Assembly: GCA_002633005.1 (NCBI GenBank) | Contig: NMRA01000640.1 | Coordinates: 172,623-236,622, forward strand | Origin: Phoronis australis | Taxonomy: Eukaryota; Animalia; Phoronida | Direction of reading: 5' to 3' | Length of the DNA: 64,000 nucleotides | Part shown: piece after piece, positions 57,701-64,000 of the stretch | How the letters are laid out: each line of letters opens with the position of its first letter | How positions within the stretch are numbered: the first letter of the stretch is position 1 | Made by a program: the position numbers and the translations under genes | The notes under the pieces: generated by a model | What the model was told of the DNA's origin: nothing | The model's database searches: none | Seen by the model: only the letters and a program-made list of their open reading frames with translations

Positions 57701-60700
57701 TTAATGCAGCCGTGGGGAATGAGAACATGAAGAGGGCAGGACTTAATACCCATTTCTGTAAAAGTCAGAATCGTTAAGATACTCCTTTTTTACGTTCTCC
57801 AATTTAGGACACAGGATGCATCCCGTCATTCAAAAATTATAATCACTAAAATGTAACCACTCCGTAATTTTCTGCCCTGTTTGTGTTTGTTTTTTACTAT
57901 TCATAAGTTTTGTTTTTAAATGTGGGCGGGGTTTCCGCAGAAACCTCATTACATATGGCCACAGCTGAGTGAGTAAATATCAGCTGTCACTCATTGCAGC
58001 GACCATTTTAGGTGGTGCTGCACCATCAAAAAATCAATTACTTTTGATTACAGAAAATATTAGGAGTAGCGTTGAATGAGTATTATTTGGGTGAAGTTTC
58101 AACTGAACTGAACGTTTTATGAAGTTTTTAACTATTTAAAGCGTAAGGAGTATCATTAAGGCCAACGCTTTCCTCTAGTCTGCATCAAGCCCAAGCTCGT
58201 TCAGATTGGATTGTATGCTCTGAAGCAATTTTTCGTTGGTATTACTAATGATGAGAAAACAAGATTTTTATTCCTAATAGTTCGCCTAACACATGAAACA
58301 GTTTTAAGCATACAGAAGGACTCTGAGGCCTGATTGGAATGCAAGGCTAGAAGTTCAAGCATTTGTCTTTTACCTTTAAAAGTTGAAACGTAACTAAAAA
58401 CAAAACTTTTACAAATTTGAAAGAAACTTAAAACACATTGTATAGATTTCAGTGCTTTTTGTTTCCAGGTTCAAATAAAGGCAGAGTTGGCAAAACTGTA
58501 GGACTTCTACACCTTAGTTGTGCTCAATTCTGTCGAGTCCTTATCATTTGTCCTCGAGTGACTCACCCGACAGCGATGCTTGTTACAAAAGTATCACAGC
58601 ATAATTTCCACTCACTGTATGGATTTCCGTTGATGTTTGTGCCAACAAGTTCCACTGTGTGACCCAGTACTTCATGAAGATCGACCAATGTCAGCTCCAT
58701 TGTCCCATTTTCACAAGTATCTAAAGGCCTGAAAACAGAGTGGACACTCAACATACAAGCGTGTCAAATGCTGTTCATTCTACATAATTTACTCAATTCA
58801 AACATTTACAAAAGGATACATATGTCAAACAGTCATTGACACTATTCATGACAAAATTCAATAAAAATCCAGTGAGGGTGATACACGTGCATTGGAAAAC
58901 ACACAAACCGTCATTAAACAATCACACTGGCACTAGGCTCAGCGAAACAATATTCATCTCTCCACAGGTTCATATACTGGTTCTATGCAGAATATTAGCT
59001 GGCACGAGACTGCATCCTTCCAAGACAAATCTAGATTTAGGTTACTTAATTACCGTTGCAAATCGTGTCTCAACCTCTCTGTTATTAAATTATTTAACTT
59101 AAAAATTTATTTCTGGGTTTCAGAAGACCTGGCAGTACATTTGGTGCTCAAGATCTTCATCAGCTCATGAAACGATCCACCATTCATGCCAAGAATTATT
59201 CAGTTTGGCTAACCTCAAAATTCATCTGCTGCCTGGTGGTTTGGCAATTGGCCAAATTATGTTGCATACAAAACAGAATTTATACTTAGCATAATATTGC
59301 AACATTATACAAATGATTTAGGTTGTTAAAGTCTCACTTTCTGTCCAATTTCCAGAATTCAAAAACCTAATCACATGTAGTTTTCAGGATGAACTATTCA
59401 AATATGCTAGTATTTAAAACCTTTCAAAACGAAAATTTAAAATACTACTGTCACCCCCAGTGTGTTAATGATGGGTCTTATTATCTATAGAGCGCTGATA
59501 TCAGCAGCTCAAGGCGATGTAATCAGTAACTACAACAGCGTGTTGTCCTTGATTAATGCCGGCAGATTTTGAGTTACGCAAACTGGTCCAGTTGCCCAAT
59601 CTTGACCGGTGAGAGCGTCATTGTGGAATTCTTTTTATTTCAAGCCAACTTACAGAAACGTACAGCCAGTTCTTTCAAATCCCAGAAATCAACCCCTTCT
59701 AACCCGAGTAAAGGCCCTCAAACCTCAACAAAAGGATAAAAACCCAGTGAGAACCCGTTACCAAGCATTACTACGTAACAATAAGAACACTGGACAGTAA
59801 ATTTCCCATTAAAGGCTTGCTTTTTTGCCAAAACCCCAGTTTCAGTCACTCCACAGCCTGTTCTATCAAGATGTTGATATGGTTTCGCTTTAGGAAAATG
59901 ACACAACTCTAAAGAACATGCCCTGTTCCACGGTACGTTGTATTCTGTACATAAATACGTACAAGTGCTGTGTTGTACCTACTACCCACAAAGTATCACA
60001 AACTACGGGCTGATGAAATTCGTTTTGTGCAGAGTAGAGCAATGATTGCACTGAAGTGCAGTAGGTGACTGCCCTGACGTACCAGTCTGTGTGTGATGCC
60101 GAACTTACAAAGATAGCAGACAATTCTTAACAATAGATCAGACAGATATATACACTTGAAATCCATTATGGTCTAGAATACTCATTTCAAGACATGACCA
60201 AAACGTCTGTCTAGACATACCTCAAGACCAACGCTGAGCCCTGATCTCTGCTGATCACTGTGTTATGCCAGCAATATTGACGAGATCCTGGCTCCACAGG
60301 CACCCACCCTGGAATGTGACCATTGGAGTCTGGTTGGGGAACACCATCTTTCAGGCAAACACCAGAAGCAGGGATCCAGCCATCTGGAACTTCCTGTTAA
60401 AAAGAAATTAATATTATTTTTTACGAAAACACTTCATTCTGACAGCCTAGTGTCAGCAGTGAATTCAAATTTCTACTTTTGTTCAAGTTTTTTCTAAGAC
60501 GTCTCGGTGATATCAGACTGCTTAATGAAATCTTTACGAAAACGTCATGAAGCCGGCTAACAAAACAACACAACTTTGAAAATCAAATAAAAAGAAAATT
60601 ATCATTATGGCAACAATGCCACATGACACTGGGAAAAAACAAACACAAGAGAATGAACAAACACAAAAGAATAAACAAACAAAAAATATAAACAAGATGC

Positions 60701-62379
60701 ATCTGAAATCATTTCACATCCAGGTTCAGAAAGAAGTTAGTTGTCCTGGAAAACTCTCAATCCATAGCAAACTTCAGCTCCAACAGCAAAATCTCAGATT
60801 TCCGACACACTTCACGATTTCAATTATTATTCTTCTCACTTTATTTGCACATGTACTGTAAATCGCAGTGAGCCACTTGAACAAAATCATTATTACATGT
60901 TTTTGTGAACCTTTTAGTCAGATAACTTTTTATCAACCTTAGAGCTCGTTTGAAAATATGTAATTTCTGAATTACCAGTAATTAAACAATAAGACCTCCA
61001 GTGCCACTATATCACCAAGCTTGCAAACAATTCATTCTTTACTCAGGAGCAGAGTCTCTGCACTGAAGCTTGCAATAACTAATAATACAAGACAGCGGTA
61101 ACCTAAACACACCATTTCCCGTCTGTTAACAGCAAAAATGACAGGTAATAACTATTAGGGAGGCAAAATGCTGGTTACAAAATGGATTAGCTACCTGATT
61201 ATTTTACCTGTTAATTCCCCTCCATTGTTGACCAGAAGGTCCCCTCATGCTTCAATTTTATGGCACAATAAGAGCCCCACTACCCAAGGAAGACATTTCC
61301 CTCATCAGGCCCAAAAATTCCCTTCCAATGATTAAAAATACTCCACAAGGGTTATCTCCTCAACAGAAAAAATTCCCCTCTCAGAAGGCACAGGCATATT
61401 TCCGCTCAGGTGAACGAGGGGCCTGAGTATTCACCTAAAGTACATAAATGAGATACAAAAACCTACTTTAAAATCTTTTTCTGGCTGCCAACAAAATTCT
61501 TTCTCCTCTTGCTGGCCCTCTCCTTGCATCTCTAAACATCGTTTTGAAGCCACATATTTCTTGAACCGCTTCTCAGCAGCTTTACTTGGCTTTCTGTCCA
61601 GTCTTGCCCACAATTTAGGCTTATCTACAGGCAAGTGTTGAAAACCTTTTGCTGTTATTATTAGAAGCAGTGTTGGCCAACACTTCAAAACACAACAGTT
61701 TCCTGGACGCACCTTCTAAATTTCGAATGGTATATTGCCATTTCTTGGGATCCAAAACTCGCACATCTTATATTTAAAAAATGCAGCAAATTTACAGGCT
61801 GGTAGATCTGTTACGAAACATACGCGGAATAGCAAGAGAGGGTGAATATGTTTTTAGTAATATTTCTTGCAACTTGTCAAAAATTACATCCAGCACAATG
61901 CAGCCATCACGTTGATATGCATCTTTTTTATAGGTTGCAGTAATCCAAAGAAAGACAACTTCAGCTCAGCACTGCAGAGTAAATTAAGTTATGGTAATCT
62001 GTGTGAGAAAGCTAGAAAATTAAAACAATTAAAATATTTACTATCTTGTAGATTTTCACCAATGATAAGCTTAAATTAAAAAAAATCAACAACCCATCTG
62101 TATGAATGCATCAATTCGACTCAATGATTACGAAGTAGCAAACCATGTGAATTTTGTTTGACTGCAATGCTTCAAACCTTCGTGTAACGCAATGTAACAG
62201 CAGGTTCCGTCAACCTTTTCCGAGACAACGGCATCCCCTATCCCATGATTCACAGCACTATCGACCAAGATGTCAGAGGCAGTAACACTGTACGACTGGT
62301 GGGCTCGCTTACTGGACAACTCTGCGCTTACAACAGGTTGAAAAAGACAGGGGATCTTCTGTTGAACCCCACTCGCCAT
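54711..62379 (-). CDS. RLIG1: RNA ligase 1 (C12orf29-like) ATP-dependent 5'-3' RNA ligase, ~340 aa; six coding exons with exon 5 present twice
   Basis: Exons on -: 62178-62379, 61467-61624, 60221-60393, 58616-58728, [57586-57755 or 56010-56179], 54711-54917 (1023 nt with one copy). Motifs: [19 protein letters not shown] (nucleotidyltransferase motif I KxDG), [68 protein letters not shown]. An acceptor at 62392 implies an upstream non-coding exon. Confidence 0.92.
55116..55516. mobile_element. Complete ~400-bp MITE with ~43-bp TIRs (GGCCC ends, PIF/Harbinger-like) in the last RLIG1 intron
   Basis: Left ggcccggtctccaatctttttactcgaaatggaactcgaaatta matches the reverse complement of the right end, ggcccggtctctaatctttgtactcgaaacgaactcgaaacta. 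Confidence 0.85.
55559..58297. repeat. ~1.15-kb direct duplication (55559-56697 and 57138-58297) including RLIG1 exon 5, separated by an N gap
   Basis: Colinear near-identical blocks offset by ~1576 bp with scattered substitutions and small indels. Confidence 0.92.
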
Positions 62380-63827
62380 ACCTGCGGTATATCTGTAAAA
62401 CAGAATCTTAAGTAGAGAGACAGCTAAAAAGCAAGGCGTGTCCATATTTTGAGAACGAGTTTGATGCCCGTTATTCAGTGGAGAAAACTGGTTCTCAAAA
62501 CGCAGGCACGTTATATGCGACCATTACTAAAAGCACCACACATTGCAAAAACGGCTTGCCTTTAAGATTGCACACCACCACGAAACAGAGCCTAGCTACA
62601 ACTCCTCAATCTTACTAAATTAAAGGCAGTGACCCCTCAATCTCAGCATAGGGCTTTCACCAGGCACCAATGAACACGTCAGTACCTGGCTTACCTAGAA
62701 GTGTTAGGGCTCATGTCTAAAGACCAACGCTTCGGTAATTAGGTCAAGCTGGAAATGCAAAGTTCAAACTGGAATAAATCAAATAATCTTCCCAAGCACC
62801 AGCCTGCAATGAACTCCACTCAGTCCACGATCTGATCAAGTGTACATGATAACGGATGTTTAATTGTCATAATAAAAAAGAAAAGAAATTAAAGGATCTA
62901 TCCCAAATCCTGAATTCTGGTGGGACTAGCATAACTATTTACAATACCTTCTGGTGATTCACTATTAAACCATCGAAAATATAGTCTCAGTGCCGCTCTA
63001 GGGCCCTACATGCGCGTGAAACCATCGATGATATATCCAATAGTTTCAATTTAGTTTTTAACAGCAGATATACCATTGATAGCTCCACAGGTAGAAAAGT
63101 AGAGCACTAAAGCTATCAGTGATCTGATAGACATGCTGGGTATGGCTGTAGTAGCCAAAACTGATTTGACACGTACTGGTGAGTCAAACTGATACTTGTG
63201 CCACACTGAAGCAACCGAAAGTTCGCAGTGGTTCATGGATTTTTTAAATCTTATCAGAACCGTAATTGACGACAGTTAGTGGTCATGTATTCAGGTCATG
63301 TGGATTGAGCTCTTGGGAGAAGTGCCCTGAGAAAATAGTGCACACCACCCCGCACTCACTGTCGTTAAAATAACAGTTCTGATAACTGTTAAAAAACCCT
63401 ATTAATGATCACTACCAGTAATTTGAGAACTCATTTCTGACGGCAGCTTTAGTTGAGTTCACCAACCCACGCCCAACTGAAGCGCAGAATCAGTTTGATG
63501 CAGGCAACAGTTAAAGTAGGCAATGACCATCGCCTCTGTTGGCCCGACAGAGGCGATGGTCATTGCCTACAGTTAAAGCTGCAACATGGCCAGCCATGTC
63601 CAATGAACTATGAGTATGATCTAAGTGAAGGAATATCAAAAAGATGAAATTGTTACATGATCCATTGTCCGTCTGTGTTGTACCCCATTTACAAACTGCC
63701 TAAAATGCTAGCATTTTCGCACTTTGAAGGAGCAGGGGTACGAGGCCTTTGCTTGACGTAGGATTAACCAAATCAATTTACCGTTTTTACACAAAAACTG
63801 AAAAGACCACAAGCACAAGTGCAAAAC

Positions 63828-63924
63828 CACAGGCGTCCTCAGTTTCTGATCGTCCCCAATACACTACATATAGTAGTATCATATGTAGTGTATTGGGGAC
63901 GATCAGAAGCTGAGAACGCCTGTG
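63828..63924. repeat. Near-perfect 97-nt hairpin (44-bp arms, 9-nt loop)
   Basis: cacaggcgtcctcagtttctgatcgtccccaatacactacatat-agtagtatc-atatgtagtgtattggggacgatcagaagctgagaacgcctgtg; two arm differences. Confidence 0.92.
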
Positions 63925-64000
63925 TCGGTAATAGTCGGATAAGTTGGTCCCATTTCAAATTCTGTCAGGAATACTTAAAAAATAAAATGAAGTGTCGCAA

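Overview
AT-rich, intron-containing eukaryotic DNA, most likely from an invertebrate animal; the species cannot be identified from the window. It has two long N gaps (47423-47643, 56723-57137). Five protein-coding genes were rebuilt by hand from splice sites and reading frame. (1) 5' part of a secreted or surface Sushi/CCP-domain protein (-; signal-peptide exon 8132-8213, CCP exon 1210-1398; the gene runs off the left edge). (2) A compact myosin-light-chain-kinase-family Ser/Thr kinase with a C-terminal calmodulin-binding segment (-, 15851-24696; 5' end uncertain). (3) A TSSC4-like gene with a single coding exon (-, 41926-42633), head-to-head with (4) ACTL6/BAF53 (+, 42955-53589, 13 coding exons, 428 aa). 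(5) An RLIG1/C12orf29-like ATP-dependent RNA ligase (-, 54711-62379, about 340 aa). The most notable observations are splicing-related: a clear U12-type (minor spliceosome) GT-AG intron in ACTL6; a minisatellite that multiplies the ACTL6 exon-7 splice donor and creates an array of in-frame 39-nt pseudo-exons; and a tandemly duplicated, frame-asymmetric 170-nt RNA ligase exon beside an assembly gap (mutually exclusive exon pair, dead duplicate, or haplotype artefact). The rest is intron and intergenic DNA with decayed LINE fragments, several MITE families (some with 5- or 6-bp target duplications), a pseudo-tRNA inside inverted repeats, and several near-perfect palindromes. No CRISPR array, rRNA or prokaryotic system is visible. 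All homology calls are from motif recognition, not database searches.
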